Of a stretch of 64,000 bases of DNA, positions 30,570 to 41,067 are shown one piece after another. Position 1 is the first letter of the stretch. Every line of letters starts with the position of its first letter. The stretch is from Planctomycetota bacterium (GTDB lineage: Bacteria > Planctomycetota > PLA2 > JAEUHO01), in the NCBI GenBank assembly GCA_965222115.1, contig CBDCTJ010000001.1, forward strand, positions 160,001 to 224,000, in the 5' to 3' direction. The position numbers and the translations under genes are program-made. Under the pieces are notes generated by a model. That model had not been told where the DNA came from. It worked only from the letters and a program-made list of their open reading frames with translations, and did not search any database.

Positions 30570-31532
30570 CTATTCCTGAGAACGTTTGACGCGGAGCAGC
30601 GCGTCCTTCAATCGCACCACCCCCCGCAGATCTTTGAGCCAGTAGATATCTAGCGATCCTCGAAGAATGCCCTCCAGTATCTGATCGGAGTCGCCCGTTT
30701 CTACTACATTTCTACACAACTCCAAGGCTGGCGTTCCCTGTACGTTCTTGCCCGCTCGCGTAGAAAAGGCAACGCGGTATCCAACGTCTCGAAGCATCGA
30801 CGTGTGTTCATTTCGATAGGCGCCTGATGGATACGCCCAAGCGTCTACCGCGCGACCGATTCGATCTTCAATCAACTCTTTCGAAATCTTCAGCTCTGTA
30901 AGGCACTCGCGATCCGTCAACTCAGTGAATTTTCTGTGAGTCATTCCATGTGATCCTATGGAGATACCTTGATCGGCAAGCTCTCTCACTTGACTCCAAT
31001 TCATAAGCCGCGACTCTGCAGCGCTTAGACCATATCGTACATCGTGCGGGAGCTGTGCTTGAGATTCGACAAGCCCGGCCGTAACGAACACTGTAGCTGG
31101 CATGGACATGGCTCTCAACGCAGGCCATGCCTCGGTATAGTTATCTAGGTACCCATCGTCAAACGTGATGAGAAGCTCGTGATCTCCACAATGAATGGCG
31201 CCTGAGACTACTTGGATATCTTCAAGCGAAATCACTCGGTACTTTGAGCGACGGATTGCATCTAGGTGGGACTGGAATCGCGCAGGCGATACTCTAAGAG
31301 GTTGGCGTTCATGGAGGTTTACGCGGTGGTACATTAGTGCTCGAACGCCACATACATCGCGTGATCTTTGCATCCTACTGGCTCTGATCAAGAGTAGCCG
31401 CATGAAGCGCTTGACTCGCTTCTCCCAGTGAAAGTCTCTAATGGAGGAATGGTCCTGAGCAGAAGCCATGAGGTAGTTACCGAGTCTCCAAGCATTTTGA
31501 GAGATGTACAACCGCTGGGCCGTGTTTGGCAC
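30570..31532 (-). CDS. Polysaccharide deacetylase (CE4/NodB)
   Basis: 'LMYHRV', 'ITFDDGY', 'IGSHGMTH', 'AYPSG'; true start probably downstream (e.g. 31469). Confidence 0.88.
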   Translation of the reverse strand: MPNTAQRLYISQNAWRLGNYLMASAQDHSSIRDFHWEKRVKRFMRLLLIRASRMQRSRDVCGVRALMYHRVNLHERQPLRVSPARFQSHLDAIRRSKYRVISLEDIQVVSGAIHCGDHELLITFDDGYLDNYTEAWPALRAMSMPATVFVTAGLVESQAQLPHDVRYGLSAAESRLMNWSQVRELADQGISIGSHGMTHRKFTELTDRECLTELKISKELIEDRIGRAVDAWAYPSGAYRNEHTSMLRDVGYRVAFSTRAGKNVQGTPALELCRNVVETGDSDQILEGILRGSLDIYWLKDLRGVVRLKDALLRVKRSQE

Positions 31533-31552
31533 AATGGAAACAGAAGTGGAAC

Positions 31553-32644
31553 TCAGGTCGAGGTTCGATCCAGCTCATCGTAGAGCGACAGTAGCGTATC
31601 GACGTACCTGGCGGGATCGTGGTTACGTTTGGCATTTTCGCGTCCCGCAAACCCCATGCGTACGCGGAGTTCTTTGCTCGTGACTAACTCTTTAAGCCGA
31701 GCGGCGAGCGCAGACACGCTCCCGGGCTCAACGAGGAAGCCTTCTACTCCATCACTTATGAGCTCCGGAATGCCGCCCGTGTGGCTCGCTACTATTGGAA
31801 TCCCAAACGCCATCGCCTCCACCACGGCGATTCCTAGCCCCTCGCTCATCGAAGGAAACGCGAATATGTCATATGAACTCAACCAATAGGTTACGTCCAT
31901 CTGTGATCCAGCGAACTGGACACTTTGCTCAAGCCCTAGGTCCCGAACTTGACGTTCAAGCACCGGCCGACGCGCCCCCTCACCTACTATGGCGAGACGC
32001 ACAGGAAGGCCGGAGTCATGGAGCAAGGCAAATGCCTCAATGAGCACATGATGTGCCTTCTCGATGCGAAGATTTCCAACGGTGCCAATTGTGACAGTCG
32101 AACTCTGTCGCTTGGGTATGCCCTCGGGCACGCTCACGCAGCACGGGTTTCGCATCGTCACGAGTCGACTTGGGTGGATACCAACGACCTCTACATTAAA
32201 TTTGGCAACAGCATCGGAGACCGCCACAATTCGAGATGTGATGCGAGACAGGCCACGGTCGATCCAGCGGTGTATTCGACTTTTCCAGGCATGCATGCCA
32301 TGCTCTTCCGCGATGCGGACGGGCGTACGCGCAAGCCATCCGGCAATTCGAGCATGAAAGTTGCTGTCGAATTGGCTACCCTGAACCACGCGCGCATTGT
32401 TCCGACGAATGTAGCGCCAAAGTGCCCACGTAGTTCTTGTGGAATAAAATGCATGAGAGCGCCCAAGCACCTCGACAGAAACACCCTCGTCGCGCAGATG
32501 TGCTGCAAGTTCGGACTCCCCACCCAATATGCAGATGGAAAACGGAACGCCTCGACGAATCAACTCACGTGCCACGCAGGCACGCAACACCTCAGCGCCT
32601 CCAAGACCAAACGTACCATGAACGAATACTATGGGACGGCGCAT
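31553..32644 (-). CDS. Glycosyltransferase family 4
   Basis: 'GLGGAE', 'VGNLRIEKAH', 'FPSMSEGLGIAVVEAMA'; start at MRRPIV. Confidence 0.9.
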   Translation of the reverse strand: MRRPIVFVHGTFGLGGAEVLRACVARELIRRGVPFSICILGGESELAAHLRDEGVSVEVLGRSHAFYSTRTTWALWRYIRRNNARVVQGSQFDSNFHARIAGWLARTPVRIAEEHGMHAWKSRIHRWIDRGLSRITSRIVAVSDAVAKFNVEVVGIHPSRLVTMRNPCCVSVPEGIPKRQSSTVTIGTVGNLRIEKAHHVLIEAFALLHDSGLPVRLAIVGEGARRPVLERQVRDLGLEQSVQFAGSQMDVTYWLSSYDIFAFPSMSEGLGIAVVEAMAFGIPIVASHTGGIPELISDGVEGFLVEPGSVSALAARLKELVTSKELRVRMGFAGRENAKRNHDPARYVDTLLSLYDELDRTST

Positions 32645-32697
32645 GGGTCTGGAGCTCGGTCTAGTGGCGATTGCACTAAACCTCTGGGGAAAAACTC

Positions 32698-33267
32698 GTG
32701 AGAGGCGCACTCGCGAAAACGAATCGAATCTTTGTGCGTACATGGCGATTCGTTCGCACGAAGATTCGTCATGCTGTGCTTCGAACAAGGTACCCCACGT
32801 TGCGCATAGGACGCGGCGCGAAAATCCGCGAAGGTGTAGAGATAGCGATCACGGACAACGGATCGTGCTCGATCGGAAGAGATGTCGTGATCAAGCGCGG
32901 CACAACGATCGTTGTGAAATATGGGCGACTTACGATTGGTCACGGCGTTGAAATCGGCGAGTGGAATGTGATTGTGGCACGAGGACGAGTACACATTGGC
33001 AAAGGCACGCTCACCGCGGAGCGCGTCACCATTCGAGATCAGAATCACGTCACCGCTAGCCGATCGGTTCCAATCAAAGAGCAGGGATTGGAGTGCAAGC
33101 CCGTGCGCGTCGGCGCTGATGTGTGGGTCGGAGCAAACGTTGTAGTTGTGGCGGGAACCCGTATCGGTCGGGGGAGCGTTATTGGTGCAGGAAGCGTCGT
33201 AACGCGTGACATCCCGCGATACTCCGTTGCAATGGGAGTTCCAGCGCGAGTTCATCGGTCGAGGTAG
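32698..33267 (+). CDS. Hexapeptide-repeat O-acyltransferase
   Basis: 'IRDQNH', 'PVRVGADVWVGAN', 'IGAGSVVTRDIP...GVPAR'. Confidence 0.88.
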   Translation: MRGALAKTNRIFVRTWRFVRTKIRHAVLRTRYPTLRIGRGAKIREGVEIAITDNGSCSIGRDVVIKRGTTIVVKYGRLTIGHGVEIGEWNVIVARGRVHIGKGTLTAERVTIRDQNHVTASRSVPIKEQGLECKPVRVGADVWVGANVVVVAGTRIGRGSVIGAGSVVTRDIPRYSVAMGVPARVHRSR

Positions 33268-33279
33268 CACAAGTTCACC

Positions 33280-35982
33280 CTACGAAGCCCCATCCTCAAT
33301 CCGATACTTATAGTCCTTCCCATAGCCGTAGTACCCATACACGCTGTACCCGTACCTTGATCGATCCGGCTTGCGTGCATCAAACCCATTGAATATCGCG
33401 CCGAACAACGTACCACCGAGCCGTTCCACGCGGTCCGCCGCGCTCTGAACGACGTCGAGCGACGACTTTCCGTAACGCACAAGCAACAAGATACCGTCGA
33501 GTTCTCGAAAGAATGATGCCGAGTCGGCCACCGCCAGTACGGGCGGAACGTCGAACAACACCTGATCGTAGCTCTCCTTAAACTGGGCAATGAGGCGGCG
33601 GAAGCGGTCCGAGTCGAGGAGCGCACCGGGATTGGCGTGCGACGTTCCGGCACCAATGACATGCAGGGTCTTGCCCTTCGTGGGTACAGTCTGGAGGAAA
33701 GGTCGGTAGTCGTCCGACTCCGGCATGGCTTCGAGGCAGTCCGTGAGTCCGGGCGCGCGCTCGATATCGAGGTGCTTGTGGGAAGTGGGACGCCGGAGGT
33801 CGGCGTCCACCAACAGCACGCGGTCACCGGCCTGCGCCATGGCAACGGCAAGATTGAGGCTGGTGACCGTCTTGCCTTCGGCGGGTTGCGCAGAGGTGAT
33901 CGCGATGGCCTTCATGTCGCGCTCTGCATCGGCGTAGCGGACGTTGGCACGCAGGGTGCGATAGGTCTCGGAGATGACGCTTCTCGGCCTTGTGAGCGTA
34001 ACGAGCGTAGAACCGCGCACGGGACGCTCCTTGCGAGGGACCGTCTTGTGGTCGGGAATGGCGGCGTGAACGGGGAGGTCGAGGCCGTCCTCCAACTCAC
34101 CCGGGCCGCGAATCTTGCGGTTTAGCTGATCGAGAAGTAGCGCGACGGCGAGAGCCAAGCCGAGGCCCAGCACAAAGGCAACGACAGCCTTGTTCATAAG
34201 CTGAGGACTAATGCGGCGGGTGGGGACGAGTGCGGAGTCCACCAACAGTGCCGTGTCTTGAAGCGTTGATGTGGCAAGGTTGAACTCGGTGTTTCGATCG
34301 AGAAGCTGACCCAACTCAGAGCGGGGGGTTTCGACTTTTCGCCGGAGTTCGACAAGCTTGAGTTCGACGTCTGGCACCCGACCCAACATCGCGTCGGTAT
34401 CGTCGCGGCGACTCCTAATGTTCTTGATCTCGGCTTCCAAGGCGCGGATGCGCTCGTGGATCGCCGCTGACTGGTTCTCGCGTAGTGCGGCAATGGAAGC
34501 TGGGAGCTCGTTGTTAATCAGGCCAAGTGAAATGCGCAGGTTTTTGATGGTCGAGTCGGCCTCCGTGAGGCTCCCTTCTTTGAGCAGCGCATCGAGCTGA
34601 CGTTTGGTTTCCACATAGTCGGACGCGAGCTTGCTCGTGATCGAGTCAATGCCACGTGCACCGAGGGGAATCAGTCGCTGCTGCAAATCGTTGGCGCTGG
34701 CAATTGGACCGGTCGCCTTGTTGGCAGCCAATTGTTGTTGCTCCCAGCGGATGGACGTGAGCTTTGCCCGTGCCGCTTCGAGATCCAATTTGAGTTTGGC
34801 ACTGGTATCAATCAGTGACTTTGCCCGTTCACTCAAGTTTCGGGCCTCATCGCTATACATGTACTTATCGAGGTTGCGCTCCGCCTGAGTGATGGAGCGT
34901 TGAATCTCCCAAAGCCGCCTCTTGGTCCAATCGCGACCGGCGGAGATGGTCTTATAGCGATTCTTCCACCGGTGCAGGAGGTAACCCTCGGCCAGGGCAT
35001 CGGCCATGCGCGCCGTGTGTGAAGGCCAACTCGATGTGGCGCCCACGGCGATCAGGCCCGTGTTGTAGCCTATGGACTGCACCGTGCCACTGCGCTTGAA
35101 GACCGCGGCGAGCGCCCCGAGGCCGCGTACATACACCAGGATGACGCGACCGTTGAGCGGCGTATTTGAAGCAAAGCGAAAACGGCGATCAAACGCCTTC
35201 ACGACTTTGTCGAGTTTGAAGTCCTCGATCATCTCTGCAGGGGATGGGTCACCCAGTCGCTCAACGGAAGCCGATCGACCGTCCGCACGCATAGAGAAGC
35301 GAAACGTCTGGTTGAGCCCCGCGAGTGTTTCTTCATCGATGTAGTCGGTGTGTACGCGCACGTCCACGGGGCGGCGGCCGAATCCAAAGGAGCGCAGCGT
35401 AGTCTCAAGGGGGCGGTAGCCGTGTTCCTCTACCGCCATGACTTCCACGAACGGCGGTGGGTCGGGCTCCTCCCTCTCCTTGGTTGGCTTCCACGTCTCT
35501 TCTTGCTCTGTATTGCTGCCCGCATCACTGTCGTCGTCACTGCCTGAGTCTTTGCCGTCGTCTTCGCCCTTCTTCTTTCTTGACGTCTGTTCCGGACTCA
35601 GCGTCTGGCGAACCATCTTTTCATACTCTTCGAGCCGCCAGCCAACCCCCGAATAGATCTTGGCTGCCAACTTCGCAACGGCACGAGAACGCACCATCTG
35701 CATTTCGGTCTCGAGCGTAGAGGCACCCTCAAGCGCGGCAATGTCTTCCACCAACTTGCCCGAGCGTTCCGCGTCGAGAATGCGTACCGTCGCGCTGGAC
35801 GTATACGTGGGCACGGAGTAGAGGGTCTTGGCAGACATGAGCCCAAAAACGGTCAAGAACGCAAGGAGCGCGCCGAGCTTGTGCTCGCGCAGGATCCCCA
35901 AATAGTGCGCGATCTGATTACGTCCACGGCGCTTGGGCGAACGCTTGCGACGCTGCGGGCGCTCTGTGGACGTACTGCTCAT
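33280..35982 (-). CDS. wzc: Polysaccharide co-polymerase / BY-kinase
   Basis: Two TMs flanking coiled coils; 'ETYRTLRAN', Walker A 'AQPAEGKT', 'VDADLRRP', 'FDVPP', Tyr tail 'YGYSVYGYYGYGKDYKY'. Confidence 0.92.
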   Translation of the reverse strand: MSSTSTERPQRRKRSPKRRGRNQIAHYLGILREHKLGALLAFLTVFGLMSAKTLYSVPTYTSSATVRILDAERSGKLVEDIAALEGASTLETEMQMVRSRAVAKLAAKIYSGVGWRLEEYEKMVRQTLSPEQTSRKKKGEDDGKDSGSDDDSDAGSNTEQEETWKPTKEREEPDPPPFVEVMAVEEHGYRPLETTLRSFGFGRRPVDVRVHTDYIDEETLAGLNQTFRFSMRADGRSASVERLGDPSPAEMIEDFKLDKVVKAFDRRFRFASNTPLNGRVILVYVRGLGALAAVFKRSGTVQSIGYNTGLIAVGATSSWPSHTARMADALAEGYLLHRWKNRYKTISAGRDWTKRRLWEIQRSITQAERNLDKYMYSDEARNLSERAKSLIDTSAKLKLDLEAARAKLTSIRWEQQQLAANKATGPIASANDLQQRLIPLGARGIDSITSKLASDYVETKRQLDALLKEGSLTEADSTIKNLRISLGLINNELPASIAALRENQSAAIHERIRALEAEIKNIRSRRDDTDAMLGRVPDVELKLVELRRKVETPRSELGQLLDRNTEFNLATSTLQDTALLVDSALVPTRRISPQLMNKAVVAFVLGLGLALAVALLLDQLNRKIRGPGELEDGLDLPVHAAIPDHKTVPRKERPVRGSTLVTLTRPRSVISETYRTLRANVRYADAERDMKAIAITSAQPAEGKTVTSLNLAVAMAQAGDRVLLVDADLRRPTSHKHLDIERAPGLTDCLEAMPESDDYRPFLQTVPTKGKTLHVIGAGTSHANPGALLDSDRFRRLIAQFKESYDQVLFDVPPVLAVADSASFFRELDGILLLVRYGKSSLDVVQSAADRVERLGGTLFGAIFNGFDARKPDRSRYGYSVYGYYGYGKDYKYRIEDGAS

Positions 35983-36077
35983 GATTGCGAATAATCCCCT
36001 GTTTCCAGTGACTTAGGCATCCACTGATCTACGGGTCTTGCGAGCGCGCGACGGCTCGATTCGGTGATCCTATGCGA

Positions 36078-37139
36078 CTAACGGCCAATCGCGGTGGAAA
36101 CAGCGGCCGCCGAAGTCGCCAGATTGATCGGGGTCTGAATAATGGGGAAGATTTGCTTGAGTGCTCTCGCATAACAACCCATTTCGGACGTTCCCACGAG
36201 AACGCGATCACCGGGCTTGAGCTGGATACTGGCCCCCGCCTTCATCATGTCGCAGTGAGAGACCGTGTAGCAGCCGGGTTGACACCAGTTGCCGCGAAAT
36301 ACACGGATCATGCCACACTCGGCGAAGTCGCGGTTGACGTCCCCCGAGGCCGCAATCGCCTCGACCAGCGACAGGCCGTCTCTGGGAATGGGGACGACGC
36401 CCGGCTTCTTGACCTCGCCGACCACATACACACGCGGTTCTTTGCGGGTGGGAACGAAGAGCACGTCATTGTCCTGGATACGAACATTGTTGCGCAGGTC
36501 CCCCACCTGAACGAGCCGCGTGAGGTTTACGGGAATCAACTGCGAGTGCCGCGCCAGCACCGCTTGGTCGATGTCGCCGTCGTCGGGTATCCCACCGCAC
36601 TCACTCACGGCGTCGAGCAAACGTGTCTTCTCTCCAATGAAGAACTTGCCAGGGTTGTTGACCGCACCGAACACGTAATAGGAGCGGCTTTTGTTCTCCA
36701 CAAGATCTACGGAAACGAAGGGATCCTTCTTGTACTTGCTTGCAAGTTTGGCAATTTCGCCCTGGAGTTGGACCGCGGTGAGCCCTTCGGCCTTGACGGC
36801 TCCGAGTCGCGGCAAGTAGATATTGCCGTCGCTCTTGATGCGGGTGCCTACGACATCGCCTTTGCTGGTTTCGCCGAATGCAGCCAAGAATGGGGCGTCG
36901 CTTACAACCTGAACGCGATCGCCAACGCCCAGTACGTAGGGCAAGCTTGCAACGTTGGCAAGCTGTACGAGTTCGCTTGGGGGAACCGGCTCAAACTTCG
37001 GAGGATTCGCCTGCATGAGTGCCTGGACGCTTTGGGGATGCGTCTGCGGAACTTCTCGAGATGCGCAACCAGGCATGACGCCGTAGGTCAAACCGAGCCC
37101 GAGCACACCCAAGGCAAGCATTCGAATCGAACGTGTCAT
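36078..37139 (-). CDS. wza: Polysaccharide export lipoprotein (Wza-like, SLBB domains)
   Basis: Lipobox 'MPGC', 'YVLGVGDRV', 'DGNIYLPRLG', 'VYVVGEVKKPG'. Confidence 0.88.
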   Translation of the reverse strand: MTRSIRMLALGVLGLGLTYGVMPGCASREVPQTHPQSVQALMQANPPKFEPVPPSELVQLANVASLPYVLGVGDRVQVVSDAPFLAAFGETSKGDVVGTRIKSDGNIYLPRLGAVKAEGLTAVQLQGEIAKLASKYKKDPFVSVDLVENKSRSYYVFGAVNNPGKFFIGEKTRLLDAVSECGGIPDDGDIDQAVLARHSQLIPVNLTRLVQVGDLRNNVRIQDNDVLFVPTRKEPRVYVVGEVKKPGVVPIPRDGLSLVEAIAASGDVNRDFAECGMIRVFRGNWCQPGCYTVSHCDMMKAGASIQLKPGDRVLVGTSEMGCYARALKQIFPIIQTPINLATSAAAVSTAIGR

Positions 37140-37373
37140 AGGACCTGTCTCCCTCCGACGAACGGTCCTCAGTCCGCCGACCGCTAGCGTATCCATTACT
37201 CGGTTCACCTGACGAGAACTGGTGCTAGAGAGTCGAGGATTACGACCTAGTAGCCCAATCTTCGTATGAGGGTTCGTATCGAGTTAGCAGTCAGGTACGG
37301 CTGATGGGAAGCACGCGGTCCTCGAGCACCGCGCGTAGGGTCTCAGTCGAGTTTTGGCAGCGAGGATCGAACC

Positions 37374-38567
37374 GTGGTGCGTCGGCGAATCGGGATCATC
37401 ACCACATTTGCCTACCTGTTCACGTTGCCTTGGATGGCGCACAGGTTTCTACTGCTGGACAAACACCAAGTCATCGCCGCAGATCTGTTGTTCGCCGCTG
37501 CCGCTGTCGTCGCATTGATTCGCATCACGGATCGTGACGTTCGTACGCGCCTCTTGAGGAGCCGTGTCGCATGGGGATGCGGGGCGTTTTTCGCTGTAAC
37601 GGCAGCAGCAGCACTTGCAGGCCCGACCCCCGAGGCCAGCAAGACGGTATTGCTTCGAACGCTCTACTTGGTCTCAGTCCCTCCGGTTCTGATTGTCAAT
37701 CTCGGTGACGTACGTCGTGCCTGGATCGCACGAGCATGGTTGGGCGGCGCTGCCCTCGCATGCGCCGTGGCAGCGTGGGGAGTGGCTTCGTACTACGTGA
37801 GCAGACCTACATTCGCGGTGGCTGCCCCCGGCAACATCCCCAGTGGATTCGTTCCCCGGATTCAAGGGCCGTTTCACTCGCCGAACACATTCTGCAACTA
37901 TCTGATTGCGACACTGGCTGTAGCGGCGTGGTGCGCGAGTCGCCCCATCGCCAGAGGATGGGCCATTTGCTGTTCGCTCACGGGCGTCTTTACGCTTTCA
38001 CCGGGACTAGGAGCGCTTGCCGTCATGGTCTCACGGATGTGGTCGAGTCGCCTGTTGCGTGGACTTGCCTAGTGTGCAGCGGTAGGAAGCGTTGTGTTGG
38101 CCGCACTCTCCATTAGCGATCTTATGCGTGGCGAAATCGAGGCGTCACATCGCGTCCGCTTGTGGGAGCAATCGTTGGAAACGATGGTCGCCCATCCACT
38201 CACTGGCGCGGGGCTGGGTAACGAGGTATGTGCCACGCATCACGTGACGCCGAACGGCGAACGCCAGCGGCTCAATGACCCGCACGAGACCTTCTTGAGC
38301 ATCGGTGCACAGTCCGGACTGCCGGCCCTCATGGCGTTCATGCTGCTGCTTGTCCTTGTCATTCGTGCGAGACGAACCCTTGCACCGAGCCTCGCCTTGG
38401 GCGTGGGACTCTGCTGGATACTCCACGGCCTATCAGGCTCGTTTGAGGAAACGCGGCATGTGTGGGCATTGCTGGGGCTGCTCTGTGTCGCTGAGACCTC
38501 AGGACGCCTCACCGGAGACACGGCCTTTGCGCCGTCGGATGAGCCAACGAGCCAACAAGATGCCTAG
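37374..38567 (+). pseudogene. O-antigen ligase/Wzy_C-like membrane protein interrupted by one in-frame TAG (38070-38072)
   Basis: ORFs 37374..38072 and 38094..38567 are in the same frame; 'RIQGPFHSPN' before the stop and 'RVRLW...HPLTGAGLG...PHETFLSIGAQSGL' after it. Confidence 0.7.
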
Positions 38568-38963
38568 AACGGCACCCACGGCATCGAGCGCGAGGTCTCT
38601 GAGTTGCCCGTGGCGCATGGGATTGCTCGACTGAAGCATCTCGTCACACACGGCCACCAACATTGCGACGAGAAAGGCCCACTTGTATCTCGGCCGTAAC
38701 GCCCATGCGGCCACGAATCCTATGGCGGCGTAGGCCGGAATGTGAAGCGCCTTGCGGGTGAGTGGAATCAACCAACTCGCCGTTTCCTGTTCGATACCGA
38801 GCGCGGTGTACACCCTCCTCAAGAACGGCCATAGCCCCGTCGCGAAGCCCTGTTTCTGTGCCGCCCACAACACGGTACCTGTTCCAACAAGCAGCAAGAC
38901 GACGCCCGCAGATCGCCACTTCATCGGCCGATTCGTTGGAAATTCGCTCATGCCACTACACAC
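38499..38963 (-). CDS. VanZ-family membrane protein
   Basis: 'RKALHIPAY', 'DEMLQS..PMRHG..DLALD'. Confidence 0.8.
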   Translation of the reverse strand: MCSGMSEFPTNRPMKWRSAGVVLLLVGTGTVLWAAQKQGFATGLWPFLRRVYTALGIEQETASWLIPLTRKALHIPAYAAIGFVAAWALRPRYKWAFLVAMLVAVCDEMLQSSNPMRHGQLRDLALDAVGAVLGILLARWLIRRRKGRVSGEAS

Positions 38964-39192
38964 GATTGGCCGATTGCGAGAGTGTTAACATCCCATAAAC
39001 GTAGCCGGCACCTGGTCGAATCGGTCGAGCAAAGTGAATCCTCCGTGGCCTACCCCTACAGCTAAATACGAGCATGGGAATCAACTCGACCGTTTTCGTT
39101 CATCGCCGGACCGGCGAGTACCTACAGAATTTCTTGCGTTCGATCGTTCTCCCCCTACAACCACAACCATTGGTGGCGGGGAGAGACTCGTG

Positions 39193-40635
39193 ATGAAGCA
39201 TCCATGGAAGACGTTCCCGGGGATACGAAGGCGAGTTGTCATCATCGCGGTGGTTGTCTCGATCGCTGCGGCCCTGATCTTCGCAGTCGGACATACCCTC
39301 CTGGCTGTTGCGCTTGTTGCGGGCACGCTCACAACTTCTCTCCTGGTGCCCGTAACAAGCCATTTTGCCGATCGGCTCGGCGCCGTCAGCGAACCCGGCG
39401 GACGCGCCGTACACGATGCGCCAACACCGCTGTTCGGCGGTATCGCGCTCATGCTGCCGGTGCTTGGACTCCTCACATGGTCTGCACTCCAGGGTAACCA
39501 CTATCTACTCGGCGTGACGATTGGCAGCGCCATCATCTTCGCGCTTGGCGTGCTGGACGATGTGAATGGCGTTCGCGCACGAACCAAGCTCATTGTGCAG
39601 CTCTTGGCCGCGACGGTACTTGTGGCCTTTGGCGCGTCGATTCCGGCACTCGGCGTTCACGGCTTGGGGACACTCTCCACAGGCTGGGCAGCCATCCCCC
39701 TGGCCGTGGTCTTCGTCATCGTCATGACCAATGCGATGAACATTGTGGACGGTCTCGACGGACTGGCGTCGAGTATGGGCCTCTTGGCGGCCGGCTCGCT
39801 CGCTCTGCTAGGTATCCACCCGCTGATCACCGTAACGCTAGCGGGCTGTTGCCTGGGGTTTTTGATATTCAATCTTCCGCGTGCGAGGGCCTTCCTGGGT
39901 GACACGGGTAGCCTCACGTTGGGATTCCTGCTTAGTGCGTTGGCACTCAAACTTCCCGTTGAACAGAACGTGCCCCTTGCCCTTGCCCTCTTTGCCTACC
40001 CCGTCGGAGACGTTGCGCTGGCCATCGCGAGGCGTGTGGCTCGCGGCAAACCCATCATGTCGCCCGATTCGGGACACGTACACCACAAGCTGCGTGAACA
40101 CCTCGGCGGCACGGCCCCCGCGCTCTTGTTCATTGTCAGCATGACCGCAATCGTCACGCTGGTCGGCATGCTACGCCCCACGATCCTGTTCTTAGGGCTC
40201 GCCAGCGCCGCCTGGATCTCGCTTGCTGCCATGCTGGCCGTTGCAGGCAACTACCGAATGAACACCGTGCTGGCCTCCAGAAACCCCTTCCGCCGCCTCC
40301 ACGTGGTTCACCGCTATGCGGCCGACAGCATCCGCTTGGCTCCTTCATTGGCACACGTCAATCAGGCGCTTCGCCATGCATTTGAGGCGCTCAATGTGGA
40401 TGTGGCGCTGCTGGAGTCCGTTACCGGCAAGACGCTGAATCCAAAGTTTGACGCCTTGAGGGCCGTAAAGGCCCCCGCCAAGGCGTCGACCATGACACCT
40501 GCGGTCCAGCGAGAGCGCATCAATCTCGTGGTGGATATCCTCGCCCGCGCCTCAAATCGAATTGATGCGCTTGAACGAAGCGGGAATCGGCAGACAGTCT
40601 CAACGGCTCGAAGGCGGCGATCGGCGGTTTCTTAA
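39193..40635 (+). CDS. WecA/TagO-like undecaprenyl-phosphate GlcNAc-1-P transferase
   Basis: 'PTPLFGG', 'GVLDD', 'NAMNIVDGLDGLA', 'FLGDTGS', 'PDSGHVHH'. Confidence 0.88.
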   Translation: MKHPWKTFPGIRRRVVIIAVVVSIAAALIFAVGHTLLAVALVAGTLTTSLLVPVTSHFADRLGAVSEPGGRAVHDAPTPLFGGIALMLPVLGLLTWSALQGNHYLLGVTIGSAIIFALGVLDDVNGVRARTKLIVQLLAATVLVAFGASIPALGVHGLGTLSTGWAAIPLAVVFVIVMTNAMNIVDGLDGLASSMGLLAAGSLALLGIHPLITVTLAGCCLGFLIFNLPRARAFLGDTGSLTLGFLLSALALKLPVEQNVPLALALFAYPVGDVALAIARRVARGKPIMSPDSGHVHHKLREHLGGTAPALLFIVSMTAIVTLVGMLRPTILFLGLASAAWISLAAMLAVAGNYRMNTVLASRNPFRRLHVVHRYAADSIRLAPSLAHVNQALRHAFEALNVDVALLESVTGKTLNPKFDALRAVKAPAKASTMTPAVQRERINLVVDILARASNRIDALERSGNRQTVSTARRRRSAVS

Positions 40636-40706
40636 GATCTCACCTAAAAGGTGGCCCCGCTGGTGCGCGAAACACGTACCGATGGCAGGGCTGGATAACG
40701 AGAGTT

Positions 40707-40853
40707 TTAAGGCATTCGCATTGCGTTTCGACCGTCTGAAAGGTGTGGTTGCTCCATATATACCCCGGAAGCACTCTGCGTCAGTGAGCGAATCGAGCCG
40801 AAGCTCTGCAGATTGGGAGCAGCATATCGTCGACGTGTCTTTGCCTTGGTCAT
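40707..40853 (-). CDS. Lasso peptide precursor A1 (48 aa; predicted core SASGVYMEQPHLSDGRNAMRMP)
   Basis: Leader 'YAAPNLQSFGSIRSLTQ' fits YxxPxLxxxGxxxxxT(-2); Glu at core position 8; GGAG RBS; next to cyclase. Confidence 0.85.
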   Translation of the reverse strand: MTKAKTRRRYAAPNLQSFGSIRSLTQSASGVYMEQPHLSDGRNAMRMP

Positions 40854-41067
40854 GTCAATCTCCGATTCCGATCCACCGATCTCAGGGACCACCGGAGAGG
40901 TTACGGGCAGGATGAAAGGCCTGAACAAATTTTCAATGGGCTCAGAAGAAAGTGGTGCGCCCGGGCGATTTGACAGAAACGCGCACTGAGAAGTCGGTGC
41001 TCAGACTCGAGAGTGTTTGTCGATGCGGTATCCCAGTCGTTCCTCGCCGCCGATCTTAATGCGCTTC

